From an uncultured delta proteobacterium (GTDB lineage Bacteria > Myxococcota > Myxococcia > Myxococcales > Myxococcaceae): a stretch of DNA of 64,000 nt. This document shows, piece by piece, positions 1 to 10,714 of this stretch. Under the pieces are notes generated by a model. That model was not told where the DNA came from. It saw only the letters and a program-made list of their open reading frames with translations, and made no database searches. A program made the translations under genes and the position numbers. Position 1 is the stretch's first letter, and each line of letters starts with the position of its first letter. The stretch covers positions 1 through 64,000 of the forward strand of contig CAVZMH010000014.1 of the NCBI GenBank assembly GCA_963776345.1. Reading direction: 5' to 3'.

Positions 1-678
1 GAAGAGTTCCAGCTCGTGGGCGGCGACGGCGATGGTGGAGAGCGGGGAGCCGAGCGCGTGCGCCGTCCCCGCGGCGAGCGTGGCGAGCGAGGCCAGCCGG
101 TCGCGCCGGACGGCCCGCTCGCGCTCGCTGGCGAGCTCCGCCTCGCGCTCGGCCAGGGCCCGGCGGACCCGGAGCACGAAGACCACCAGCATCCCGCCGG
201 CGAGCGCGAAGGCGACCCACATGCCCCGGAGATGAAGCCGCATCATCTCGGCGTGACCGAGCGTGGCGCCCGGGCTCCAGGGCACGGGGAGGAAGAGCGC
301 GCCGAAGCAGAGGAGGACCAGCCCCAGCAGCGCCCAGGTCAGCCCCGGGGTGAGCACCACCGCGCCGAGCGCCACGTCCACCAGGTACAGGACGCTGAAG
401 GGGTTGCTCGGGCCACCGCTGAGCGCGAGCAGCACGGTGAGGAGCAGCGTGTCGAGCGCCATGAGCCCGGCGACGGTGGTCGCCCGGACCCTCCGGTGCC
501 GGCGCACCCGGAGCGCCAGCGCGACGTTGCTCGCCACCTGGAGGGCCCACACCGCGGCCACCGCCAGCGGAGGCACCGGGATGTGGAAGACCGATCCGGC
601 GGCCAGCGCGAGGAGCAGGAACAGGACGGCGGCCGCCCAGCGGAGCCGGACCAGCCAGGAGACGTCGACGGGCTGCAT
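1..678 (-). CDS. RegB/PrrB/ActS-type membrane sensor histidine kinase, N-terminal part (runs off window edge)
   Basis: Not in the ORF track. Manual minus-strand translation from ATG at 678 gives MQPVDVSWLVRLRW, several TM segments, SGGPSNPF, HLRGMWVAF, then H-box-like RLASLATLAAGTAHALGSPLSTIAV. Confidence 0.8.
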   Translation of the reverse strand, partial: MQPVDVSWLVRLRWAAAVLFLLLALAAGSVFHIPVPPLAVAAVWALQVASNVALALRVRRHRRVRATTVAGLMALDTLLLTVLLALSGGPSNPFSVLYLVDVALGAVVLTPGLTWALLGLVLLCFGALFLPVPWSPGATLGHAEMMRLHLRGMWVAFALAGGMLVVFVLRVRRALAEREAELASERERAVRRDRLASLATLAAGTAHALGSPLSTIAVAAHELELF

Positions 679-853
679 GGGCTTCGGGCTCTTCTACTCC
701 GAAGCGGAGGAGGCGCAGCCCGGGTCTCCGTCTAGGGGAGGCGGGGGAACCACGGACTGGCTCCTGGCGGACGCGGTGAGGGCGGCGTGCGTCGGCCACT
801 CGAGAGCCCGCCGCGGCGGAAGCGTCAGCCTCCGCCGCGGCCGCCTCATCCTC

Positions 854-3800
854 TCAGGGCGAGAACGTCTCCGACCGCGTCGAGGTCACCTCCGACGACT
901 GGAACGGGAAGTTGAAGTACTGGTTCAGCACCCACTGGGTGAGCATCGTCGGCTGGTTCGTGGGGAACGCCTCCTCGCTCTCCACGCCCGGGAGCTGCAT
1001 GAAGGTGTTCGCCGCCGTCCCGTCCATCGCCGCCAGCCCAGCGGACGTTCCCGCCCGAGCGATAGGCGAACGAGAGGTTGGCCGAGCTCCGGCCGGTCGG
1101 AGCGCCCACGTCCACCGTCCACGCGCCGCCGGGACGCGCGTACGGGCCCGGGCCGGAAGCCGGGGTCGATCAGCGGATAGCCGGGCACGATGAAGGGGAA
1201 GCTCGACGGTGTGCACGCGGCCCCACCGCCAGTTGGCGACGTCGCCGTAGGCGCCCTTCAGCTGCGCGTAGGCACAGCCGAGCGCGTCGGTCACCTGCGT
1301 GACGCAGGTCTTGTTGTTGACCGTCTGGCCCCTGGCGTTCACGTCCCGGCAGAAGACGTTGTTGGGGTTCGGCACCTGGCCCGAGAGCAGGGTCAGCAGC
1401 GCCCGGACCTCGTTGCCCGCGCTCCGGCCCACCCCCGCCACCGCCTCCTCGTCGGTGAAGGTCGTCTCCAGCACCCGGCGGAGGAAGGTGTGGAACAGCA
1501 TGCACGCCGCCGAGTTCGCCGAGCCGGTGGCGCTCGAGTCGTTGAGCGCGCGCCGCCGGATCGAGCGAGCCCGCCGCGAGCCCGGTGGGGCAGTCGAGGG
1601 GGTCCGGCCCCATGCCCCACTGGTCGAGCATGAATGCCGCGGCGCTCACGTTCGGGTCGTTGAGGGCGGGGGAGCTCACGGCGATCAGTGCGTGGATGAA
1701 TGCCACGAAGGGCCGGGCGACGATGGCCACGTGGTCCGCCTGCAGCGCCTGCATGTCGGCGAGGGTCACCTTGCCGCCGTTCGCCGTCTTGGCGTCCAGC
1801 ACCTCCTGGATGCGCGCGATGCGGAACCCCAGGTCGTCCCACTCGTAGCTCAGGTACGGCACGCCGCCCGGGTTGTTCGAGTACGGGTCGTTGTCCACCG
1901 AGACGCCCAGCGGATCGGCGTTGGCGGTCGCCAGGTAGCCCTTGGTCGAGCCGATGGCCTTGGGAAGCTTGTCGTCGGGCACGCAGAGCAGCCCGCCGTC
2001 CGGGCCGGTGGCCCACTCGAAGTTGCCGCGCCCGTCCACCGGGATCGACCGGGTACGGGTACACGGCCTTGCTCGCCGCCCAGGGCCGCTGCGGCACGCA
2101 GGCGTGCGGGACGTAGCCGATGGCCCCGGTGTCGTCGGCCAGCACGAAGTTCTGCGCTCCGGTGAAGTAGCCGGTGTACCGGCCGCCGTCGGGCGCCGGG
2201 TCACCCTCGAGCGCCTGGCGGGCGTCGTCCACGCTGGCCGCGTTGTTCAGGCGGAAGAAGGCGTGCAGGTCGTCGCTCTGGCTCTCCTGCCCGGTCCACC
2301 GCGCGCGTGATGGCGATGCCGTGCGCCGCGTCGAGCGAGATGACCGGCCCGTGCGGCGGCGCCACCAGGACCGGCGTGGGGTTGGTGACCGAGGCGAGCC
2401 CGGTGGCGGTGCGGAACTTGTAGGTCTGCGGCACGACGATGAACGGCACCGTGTTGCCCTTGAAGGAGATCCCCACCGGCGTCTGGCCCTGGAAGACCAG
2501 CGTCTCCACGTAGAGGTCGGTCACGTCGTAGCCCACCACCGTCACGCCCCACCCCACGTGCGAGCCGCGGCCCGATGAGCGTCACCGGCACCCCGGGGAA
2601 GCTGGCGCCCATGACGTTCAGCGAGTCCTCGCTCCCGATGAGGTGCGCGAGGTGGAAGTTCGAGGGGTAGTTGAGCGAGAGGTGCGGGTCGTTGGCCACG
2701 AAGGCCTTCCCGAGGTCGGTGTGGGCCGCGTCGACCACCCAGTTGTTGGACCCGGCTGGCGAGCCCATCAGCTCCCGCAGCTCGCGGATCGCCCCGAGCG
2801 TCCTCGACGCCCCGTCCAGGGCCGCGCCCGCGGCGCGCAGCGACTCGAGCGTCTGCGGCGAGGCCGCCACCAGGCTCGGCGCGTTGGGGGCGCCGCTGCC
2901 GGCGAGGGTGAAGGCCTCGATCGGCGACTTGGCCTGGATCCACAGGCCGATGCTGAGGTCTCGGTCCGCCGTGTTCCCGGCGTAGATCGTCGACCAGGTC
3001 TGCGCCCACTTCCCGTAGTCGCCCTCCTGCTCCGCGGTCTCCGAGAGCTGGAACTGGAAGAGCCGCGCCACCGCCACCGTGTCCACGTCGCTCCAGTCCG
3101 GGAGGTCGTCGGTGCTTGGTCGGGTCGATGACGTACAGGAGCTGCTTGTAGGCGGCCGGGAGCTTCGTCGGGTCGGCGCGGACCTGGGCGATGAAGGCGT
3201 TGACCCCGGCGGTGTAGGCCGCGAAGCGCGGCGCCATCGCCGTGTCGGTCAGCCAGTGGGCGTAGAGCGCCTCGGGCATCGCCTGCCCGTCCCGGGTGGT
3301 GAAGAAGGTGCGGAGCGCCTGGTCCTGCGAGAGCGCCGCGTCACCGACCAGCTCGGAGAGGTGACCCCGCGCGGCGCGGCGGAAGAAGTCCATCTGGAAG
3401 AGCCGGTCGCGGGCGTGGATGAACCCCAGCACCGCGTAGCAGTCAACCGACTTGGTGCAGTTGAGGGTGGGGATGCCGCGCTCGTCGTAGCTGACGGTCA
3501 CCGAGGCGTTGAGCCCCGCGATGCCGCCGGTCGTGGACGTCGGCTTGGTGATGGTGATGGTGACGGTCTGCTTCTGGTCGGCCGCGTCACTCAGCGAGGC
3601 GACCAGCTTGGCGGTCTTGGCATTCGGGTCGTAGGTCGACGGCGCGGTGTAGACCGTCTCGGCGCCGGAGGTCGTGCTGATGGACCCCGGCCCGCTGAGC
3701 GCCCAGAGGATGGTCCCGGTCGAGTCCTGCGCCTGGGCCTGGAATCCGTACGAGGTCCCGATCGGGACGGACACTGCGTTGTCCTGAACCAGGGCGAGGT

Positions 3801-3867
3801 GCGGGCTGTTGCACCCCGCCAGCAAGGCCGCCGAGACGGCGACCGCGGCCCAAACGATGCGCTTCAT
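854..3867 (-). CDS. Penicillin acylase family (Ntn-hydrolase) lipoprotein, broken by about 7-8 apparent frameshifts
   Basis: Lipobox LLAGC, YDERGIPT, HARDRLFQMD, beta-chain start GSNNWVV, ANDPHL, YLATANAD, WRWGRVH, spread across consecutive minus-strand ORFs (2542..3867, 2247..3086, 2201..2557, 1393..2232, 1170..2204, 854..1501). Confidence 0.85.
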
Positions 3868-3995
3868 CGACGACCCCTCCGGTGACTCCCCCGTGAATCG
3901 CGCATCTCGTCATGATCGATTCCGAAGTCAAGGACGTTCGGGGTCCATCACCGCGCGCGTGACACACGGCGGCAAGCGGCTGCAAGCGTGCGGCG

Positions 3996-5552
3996 TCAGT
4001 CCGGGCCGGACTTCACCGCACGCGCCGGCTTCAACGCCCGGCCGGTCGGGTCCCGGAGGGCGATGGCCCCGAGGCCCAGCGCCTCCAGCCGCGGACGGAG
4101 CTCGGCCAGCGGACCCACCACCACGATGGAGAGCGTCCGGGTGTCGAAGCGCGCCCGCGCCGCCCGGGCCACGTCCTCGCGGGTCACCGCCTCCACCTTC
4201 TGCACGTACTGAGCGAAGTAGTCCGGCGGGCGACCGAGCGCGACCAGCCTCCCGAACGCCAGGGCGGTGTTGCTGGTGGACTGGAACTCTGCCGGCAGGC
4301 TCTGGATCAGGCCCGACTTCGCGTCCGCGAGCTCGGACGCATCGACGCCGCCCTCGCGCAGCCGGTCGATCTCGTTGAGGAGCTCGCGGAGCGCCTCGGG
4401 CGTCTTGTCCGCGACGACCGGCGCGATGGCCACGAAGAGCCCCGGCTCGCGCCGGACGTCGAAGGCGCTGTACGCCCCGTAGGTGTAGCCCTTGCCCGAG
4501 CGGAGGTTGGCGTTGAGCCGGGACTTGAAGCCGCCGCCCAGCACGGTGGCCGCGAGCTGCGCCGCGTAGAGGTCCGCGCTGCCCGCGCCGAGGCCCAGCT
4601 CGCCGACCCAGAGCTGGCTCTGCGCCGCGCCGGGCCGGTCCACCACCGTCACCGCCCGCGGGCCCTTGTGCGCGGCGGGCGCGAGCGAGCGCCGCTTCGG
4701 GAGCGCCGCCGGCTTCCAGGCGCCAAAGCGTCGCTCGAGCTCGGGCATCAGCTCGGCCGGGCGCACGTCGCCCACCACCACCAGGACCGCGTTGTTGGGC
4801 CGCACCCACGCGCGGTGCCAGGCGGCGAGCTGGTCGGCCCGGGCCGCCTGGGTCGAGGCGACGGTGCCGATCGGGGGAGACGCCCACGGGTGGCCCTCGC
4901 CGAACACCGTGCGGTTGAGCACCGTCTTGCCGATCTGCGCCGGGTCCGCCTCGAGCTGGGCCAGGTCTCCGAGCCGCAGCGCCCGGACCCGCTCGAGGTC
5001 GGGCTTCTTGAACGCCGGCTTCAGCACGCAGTCGCTGAAGACGTCCAGCACCGGCGCGAGCGAGGCCGAGGGGAAGGACACCCCGGCGACGAGCGAGTCC
5101 TTGTCCGCCTGGCTCCGGAACTGCGCCGCCTGGTCCTCGAACGCCGCGGCGATGGCCGGCGCATCCCGCATCGCCGTGCCCTCGTCCAGCATGTCGGACA
5201 CGAAGCTCGCCGTGCCCGGCCGTCCGGCGGGATCGGTGTCCGCGCCGGCGCGGACCACCAGCTCCACGGTGGCCAGCGGGAGCTGGTGCTGCTCGACGAT
5301 CCACACCGCGAGGCCGTTCTTGAGGGTCTTCACCGTGGGCACCGGCGCCTTGAAGACCACCGGCGCCGCGGGCTCGGGGAGGGTCTGCCGGAACGGGGCG
5401 TCCGGAGTGCCGGTCCCGGACACCCCGGCGTCCGCCCGGGCCGCGGCGGAGGCGCTCGCGGAGGTCGCCGTCGTGCCCGGCGTTGCGCAGCCGAGGAGCA
5501 GGGCCGGGGCGAGGAGGGCGGCGCGGGCGAGGCGGGTCATGGAGGTCCTCAT
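3996..5552 (-). CDS. M16 (pitrilysin/insulinase) family protein, non-catalytic partner subunit, probable lipoprotein
   Basis: C-terminal half of ORF 3996..6923: LLLGC, LKNGLAVWIVE, LGGGFKSRLNANLRSGKGYTYG; no HXXEH; ATG overlaps the upstream stop. Confidence 0.8.
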   Translation of the reverse strand: MRTSMTRLARAALLAPALLLGCATPGTTATSASASAAARADAGVSGTGTPDAPFRQTLPEPAAPVVFKAPVPTVKTLKNGLAVWIVEQHQLPLATVELVVRAGADTDPAGRPGTASFVSDMLDEGTAMRDAPAIAAAFEDQAAQFRSQADKDSLVAGVSFPSASLAPVLDVFSDCVLKPAFKKPDLERVRALRLGDLAQLEADPAQIGKTVLNRTVFGEGHPWASPPIGTVASTQAARADQLAAWHRAWVRPNNAVLVVVGDVRPAELMPELERRFGAWKPAALPKRRSLAPAAHKGPRAVTVVDRPGAAQSQLWVGELGLGAGSADLYAAQLAATVLGGGFKSRLNANLRSGKGYTYGAYSAFDVRREPGLFVAIAPVVADKTPEALRELLNEIDRLREGGVDASELADAKSGLIQSLPAEFQSTSNTALAFGRLVALGRPPDYFAQYVQKVEAVTREDVARAARARFDTRTLSIVVVGPLAELRPRLEALGLGAIALRDPTGRALKPARAVKSGPD

Positions 5553-6887
5553 TGCGCCGAGGCCTGGGGGGCGGCGGGGTTGACGGTGAGCACCACGCGG
5601 GCGTCGCGGGCCAGCGTCTTCCGCGCGCTGTCCTGGACCTGCGCCGGGGTGACCGCACGGTAGCGGGAGACCACCTGGTTCACGAAGCCCGGGTCCCCGC
5701 GCCACATCTGGAAGGCATTGAGCAGATCCGCCCGGCCGCCGTTGCCGTTCAGCCGCTCGAGCCCGCGGTACAGCCGGGCCTCGATGTTGCGCTGGGCGCG
5801 GCGAAGCTCGGCGGCGGTCGGCGGCGTCCCGGCCAGCCGGTCCAGCTCGGCGTCGAGCAAGGTCTCCACCTCGGCCGGGAGGTGCCCGGGCTTCACCGTC
5901 ACCCGGATCTCCGAGGCGGACTGCCGTAGGTGGACTTGTCGGTCGAGATGTCCACGTCCTGGGCCACCTGCCGGTCGAAGACCAGCGCGCGGTAGAGCCG
6001 GCCGGTCTTCCCGCCGGCGAGGAGTCTCCTGCACCACGTCGTAGGCGAACCCCTCGTCGCTCCAGGCGGGCGGGGCGATGACCCCGACCAGGACGCGCGA
6101 CAGCTGCACGTCGTCGGTGAGCGTCTCGCGCGTCTGCCGGGTGATGGGCTGGGTCTGCACCGCCGGGGCGGGCGGCCTCGGCGAGCGGGGGATGGGACCG
6201 AAGTACTTCTCCACCAGCGCCCGCGCCTGGGCCGGGTCGAAGTCCCCGGCGATGACCAGCGAGGCGTTCGCCGGGACGTAGAAGGTGCGGAAGAACGCCT
6301 TCACGTCCTCGAGCGTGGCGGCCTGGAGGTCCTCGTGCGAGCCGATGACCGCGCCGAAGTAGGGGTGCGGCCGCGGGAACAGCAGCTCGACCAGGCGCAC
6401 CTCGGCCTTGCCGTAGGGCGTGTTCTCCACGCTCTGCCGCCGCTCGTTGCGGACCACGTCGCGCTGGGTGTCGAGCTTGGTCTGGTCCAGCCCGTCGAGG
6501 AGGAAGGCCATCCTCTCGCTCTCCAGCCACAGTGCGAGCTCCAGCCGGTTGGCGGGCAGCGTCTCGTAGTAGTTGGTCCGGTCGTTCGAGGTGCTGGCGT
6601 TGCAGGTCCGAGCTGCCCGCCGCCTCGAGCAGCCCGGCGAAGTCCTGCTCGTTCCCCGGGCGGTGCTTCGAGCCCTGGAACATGAGGTGCTCGAAGAGGT
6701 GGGCGAAGCCGCTGCGCCCCGGGGTCTCGTTGGCGGCACCCACGTGGTACCAGAGGTTGACGGCCACCGTCGGCAGCCGGCTGTCCGGGGTGAGGATGAC
6801 GGTGAGCCCGTTGGGCAGGGTGTAGGTCTCGAGCTGGACCAGCGGCGGCGAGGCGGCGAGCAGGAGGCTCGCGAGCAGGGCGGTCAT
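5549..6887 (-). CDS. M16 family zinc peptidase, catalytic subunit (frameshifts near 6600 and 6020-5930)
   Basis: TLPNGLTVIL, GFAHLFEHLMFQGS (HXXEH), NASTSNDRTNYYE, VVRNERRQ, HPYFGAVIGS. Confidence 0.85.
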
Positions 6888-6961
6888 GGGTGTCCCGGGC
6901 GACGACGGGGTGCGCGGCACCATTGCACCATTCGCCGCGGCGGTGTGGCAGCGTGCGACCC

Positions 6962-7594
6962 ATGCCGCTCACCACGGCCGCGCTCACCCCGGCGCTCTGG
7001 GAGGATGTCGAGACGCTGTTCGGGCCGCGCGGGGCCTGCGCCGGGTGCTGGTGCATGTTCTGGCGGCTCGAGCGCGGGGAGCGCTTCGACGAGCTGAAGG
7101 GCGAGCGGCTCAAGGCGCGGCTCCGCGCCGGCGTCCTCCGGGGCGAGGTGCACGGCGTGCTCGCCTACGACGACGGCGCGCCGGTCGGCTGGGCCACGTT
7201 CGGCCCGAGGATGTCCTTCCCGCGGCTGCAGCGCTCGCCGTCCCTGGCCTGCGACGACGCGGACCGGGTCTGGAGCATCCCCTGCTTCTTCGTGCGGCGC
7301 AGCCACCGCGGGCGGGGCGTGGGGCGGGCGCTGCTCGAGGCCGCGGTGGCCGAGATGCGGCGCCGGGGCGTCTCGCTCGTCGAGGGCTACCCGGTGAAGC
7401 CCACCGCCTCGGGGGACCCGCTCCCCGCCGCCTTCGCCTACACCGGGACCCGGCCGCTGTTCGACGCCGCCGGGTTCCGGCTCGAGCCGGGCGCCGGGGC
7501 GCACTCCCGGCATCGCGTCCGCCGGTCGCTGCGTCCTGGCTCGCCCGTCACCCCGCGCTCGACGCCTCGCGGGCCGGGCCGCCGTCCGCGATGA
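6962..7594 (+). CDS. GNAT family N-acetyltransferase
   Basis: CAGCWCMFWR, VWSIPCFFVRRSHRGRGVGRALL, VEGYP. Confidence 0.85.
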   Translation: MPLTTAALTPALWEDVETLFGPRGACAGCWCMFWRLERGERFDELKGERLKARLRAGVLRGEVHGVLAYDDGAPVGWATFGPRMSFPRLQRSPSLACDDADRVWSIPCFFVRRSHRGRGVGRALLEAAVAEMRRRGVSLVEGYPVKPTASGDPLPAAFAYTGTRPLFDAAGFRLEPGAGAHSRHRVRRSLRPGSPVTPRSTPRGPGRRPR

Positions 7595-7663
7595 GGCTCG
7601 AGGGGCAGCGCGAGGTCGGCGCGACGCTCGAGCTGGCCAGCCGCGCGGCGAGGTGACCCGTGC

Positions 7664-8354
7664 CTACGACGACGGCGTCAGCTGCCCGAAGAGGAGGTTG
7701 AGGGCCAGCGCCAGCACCGCGGTGTTGAAGGCGAACGAGAGGAGCGCGTGGCCCAGCGTCGCTCGCCGCAGCCGGTGCTGGGTCACCGTCACGTCCGACA
7801 CCTGGAAGCACATCCCGACGGTGAAGGCGTAGTAGGCGAAGTCGAGCAGGCACGGCATCTCGGTCCCGGGGAACCCGAGCCCGCCGAGGTCGCCGTCGTC
7901 GCGGTAGTACAGGTGCGCGTACCGCATGGTGTACGCGGTGTGGCAGACGAACCACGCGGTCGCCACCGCCAGGAGGCAGAGCAGCACCAGCTCCCGCTCG
8001 GCCCGCGGGGCCATCGTCCGCGCGTTCCGGAGCGCCACCGTCGCCGCGAAGACGCTGACGGTGCTCCCGAGCACCACCACCGCCCAGACGAAGCTCCGGC
8101 CCACGTCCTCGGCGGCGGCGTGCCGGGCGGTGTCCTCGGGGCCCGCGGCCAGGATGATGCGCCACACCAGGCCGAGCAGGAGCACGGCCGCGGCATCCCA
8201 GGCGGCCACGGTGCGGAGCGGCCCGCCGACCGCGCCCGGGATGACGGCCGCCGTCACTCCCCCGGCGACGACCGCGAGCAAGCAGCCGGCCCACGGCGCG
8301 CCGTGGGCTCCAGAAGGCAGCCCGGGCGGGGAGGGTCTGGGCTCCAGCGGTCAC
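7664..8354 (-). CDS. DUF1345 family membrane protein (probable frameshift near 8280)
   Basis: RYAHLYY, GLGFPG, DFAYYAFTVGMCFQVSDV, HALLSFAFNTAVLAL; the likely N-terminus (FWSPRRAVGRLL) is in another frame. Confidence 0.8.
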
Positions 8355-8465
8355 CGGGCGCTCCGGCCGAGGCTCATCGGCCCGCAAGCGTACACGGCCC
8401 GGCGCCTCCCGAGGGTGCTGGTGCGCACGCGGGTTGCGTGAGGCCGGAGTCCGGGGTCTGCCCGC

Positions 8466-9932
8466 TCAGGCGCTCTTCTGCAGCCGCGGCGCCGACTCGG
8501 CCAGCCGGTGCGCGATTCCCCCGAGCGTCCGCACCGCCGCCTCGACCTGCTCGAGGTCCGGGTTCCCGGTGTTGAGCCGGATGCAGCTCCGGTAGCGCCC
8601 GCTGGAGGAGAAGATGGGGCCCGGCGCCACGCTGATGCCACGCCGCAGCGCCTCCTCGTGGAGCTGCAGCGCGTCCACGCTCGCCGGCATCTGCACCCAG
8701 AGGATGGCGCCGCCCTCGGGACGGGTCATCCGCGTGCCCTCGGGGAAGCTGCTGCAGACCAGGTTGCGCATGTGCTCCATCTGCTTCGCCAGCTCGCGCC
8801 GCAGCGTGCGCAGGAAGCGGTCGTACCCGCCCTGCTGGAGGAACTCGGCGATGGCCATCTGCGGCAGGGTGGGCGTGGCCACGGTCTGGGCGAACTTGAG
8901 CAGCTCGAACCGGTCGCGGAACCGCCCCGGGGCCGCCCAGCCCACCCGGAACCCGGCGGCCAGCGTCTTGGAGAAGCTCGAGCAGTACAGCACGTTGCCG
9001 GTCCGGTCGAAGCTCTTCGCCGCCCGCGGCCGCGAGGGGCCGAAGTAGAGGTCGCCGTAGATGTCGTCCTCGATGAGCGGCACCCCGGCGCGCTCGCACA
9101 TCCGCACCAGGGCCTCCTTCTTCTCGTCGGGCATGCAGCCGCCGAGCGGGTTGGAGAAGTTGGCCACCACCAGCACCGCCTTGATGGGCTGCCGCTTCAT
9201 CGCCGCCTCGAGCGCGTCGAGCTGCATGCCTTCCCGGGGATGGGTGGGCATCTCCAGCGCCTTCAGCTCGAGCATCTCCAGTACTTGAAGGGTCCCGTAG
9301 TACGCCGGCGACTCCACGGCGACGATGTCCCCGCGGCAGCAGGTGGCCAGCAGGCTCAGGTGGACGGCCTCGGCGGCGCCGATGGTGGTGACGAAGTCGT
9401 CGGGCCCGAGCTGGCAGCCCCAGGCCATCGAGCGCCGGGCCAGCTGCTGCCGGAGCGCGGGCCACCCGGGCGGCATGTCGTACTCGGTCCCGACGCCGCC
9501 CGCCTCGCGGGCCAGCGCGGCGATGAGACGGGAGAGCTTCCGGGTGGGGAGCAGCTTCGAGTGCGGGCGCGCGCTGCCGAGGTTGACGATGCGCTCGTTG
9601 CCGGCGGCGATGTACATGCGCCGGACCAGCTCCACCACGCTCGGCTCCCGCGCCGACGCCGGCGGGCGGCTCACCGGCGGCTCGGGAACGGGCGGACGCC
9701 GGAGCAGCCGGACGTAGTGGCCGGACTGGGGCTTGGCCTCCACCAGGTCCCAGGCCTCGAGCTGCTGGTACGCCTGGAGCACGGTGGAGATGCTCACCCG
9801 TTCCTGCTGGCTCAGCTCGCGGACCGAGGGGAGCCGGTCTCCCGCCGCGAGGATGCCGGCGTGGATGGCGTCGCGCATGCGGGCGGCCACCTGCTCGAAC
9901 AGGAGCGGCTTGTGGGCGCGGACGACGGCCAT
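8466..9932 (-). CDS. MocR/GntR family regulator with PLP-dependent aminotransferase domain
   Basis: N-terminal GntR wHTH (GDRLPSVRELS, STVLQAY), NFSNPLG, IEDDIYGDL, SSFSKTLAAGFRVGW. Confidence 0.93.
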   Translation of the reverse strand: MAVVRAHKPLLFEQVAARMRDAIHAGILAAGDRLPSVRELSQQERVSISTVLQAYQQLEAWDLVEAKPQSGHYVRLLRRPPVPEPPVSRPPASAREPSVVELVRRMYIAAGNERIVNLGSARPHSKLLPTRKLSRLIAALAREAGGVGTEYDMPPGWPALRQQLARRSMAWGCQLGPDDFVTTIGAAEAVHLSLLATCCRGDIVAVESPAYYGTLQVLEMLELKALEMPTHPREGMQLDALEAAMKRQPIKAVLVVANFSNPLGGCMPDEKKEALVRMCERAGVPLIEDDIYGDLYFGPSRPRAAKSFDRTGNVLYCSSFSKTLAAGFRVGWAAPGRFRDRFELLKFAQTVATPTLPQMAIAEFLQQGGYDRFLRTLRRELAKQMEHMRNLVCSSFPEGTRMTRPEGGAILWVQMPASVDALQLHEEALRRGISVAPGPIFSSSGRYRSCIRLNTGNPDLEQVEAAVRTLGGIAHRLAESAPRLQKSA

Positions 9933-9964
9933 GAGTGACTCCTCGGGTGTCGGATGAGCTGGGC

Positions 9965-10035
9965 TCTGTATTCACGCCATGCCCGGTCGACCAGTACAGA
10001 TGCAGCGAATGGGGCCCAAACAGCAGCTGTGCTGT
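9965..10035. promoter_or_regulatory. Candidate operator in the divergent MocR promoter region
   Basis: Inverted repeats TCTGTA(9965-9970)-N24-TACAGA(9995-10000) and ACAGCA(10020-10025)/TGCTGT(10030-10035), in a locally AT-richer intergenic region. Confidence 0.35.
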
Positions 10036-10211
10036 GCTGCGTCGTAGACCAGGACCCCGGGTGGAATGAGCCGGGCCGGTGCGCGAAGCTCGTGGACGGC
10101 TCCGACCGGCGCGGCCGATGTGCGGCGAGCGTCCGCGTGGTGGACCCCGTGGGGCCACCGCACGTTGCGGTCGCACCCCCCGTGAGATAGGACCCCCGGC
10201 CGCCCAATCCG

Positions 10212-10616
10212 ATGACCGCTGGACGGACATTCCCGCGCTGGACGTGGTCGTGCGCGGCGGTGCTCGTGCTGCTCCAGCTCGCCGGGACGGTCCACCTGGC
10301 GGCGGCGCCCCACGGCGTCTGCTGGGAGCACGGCGTGGTGGTGGACGTCGACTCCGCCCCGCCGGCACAGCTCGACACCGCCGCCGCTCCTGCGCGGACC
10401 GGCGTCGAGCGCGCGCCCGTGGCGGTCGTTCGCTCCGACGCGCATCCGCACTGCCCGGCGCTGTGGGTGCTGCGGGCGGCGCGTGCGGAGGTCGGGGTCT
10501 CGGCGGCTCCGGTGGTCGGCGCGATCGAGCACGCGTCCATCCCTGGACCCGAGCCGGTCGCCGCCCCCGCGGGGTGGGCGCTCCGGCGCGCGCCGAAGCA
10601 GTCGCCGCCGGTCTGA
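10212..10616 (+). CDS. Small exported Cys/His leader protein (DUF2946/CruR/CutF-like) upstream of TonB-dependent receptor
   Basis: Hydrophobic N-terminus, HGVCWEHG and HPHC motifs, C-terminal LRRAPKQSPPV*. Confidence 0.65.
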   Translation: MTAGRTFPRWTWSCAAVLVLLQLAGTVHLAAAPHGVCWEHGVVVDVDSAPPAQLDTAAAPARTGVERAPVAVVRSDAHPHCPALWVLRAARAEVGVSAAPVVGAIEHASIPGPEPVAAPAGWALRRAPKQSPPV

Positions 10617-10635
10617 CGCTCGGCGTTGGTCCCTC

Positions 10636-10671
10636 GCACCGCCGCGCTCCCGCCCTGGGAGCACGGCGTGC
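10636..10671 (+). promoter_or_regulatory. GC-rich stem-loop between leader ORF and TonB receptor
   Basis: gcaccgccgcgctccc-gccct-gggagcacggcgtgc pairs with one bulge and one mismatch; no U-tract. Confidence 0.45.
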
Positions 10672-10714
10672 CCGCGCCGTCCCGCGCCGTCCCCAGCCCC
10701 ACCCGAGAACCCGA

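Noticed and set aside
3996..6923. Single 975-aa fused M16 peptidase
   Set aside because: The middle of this ORF is nonsense-like. A frameshift near 6600 joins two separate genes, and the second has its own start and lipoprotein signal at about 5552
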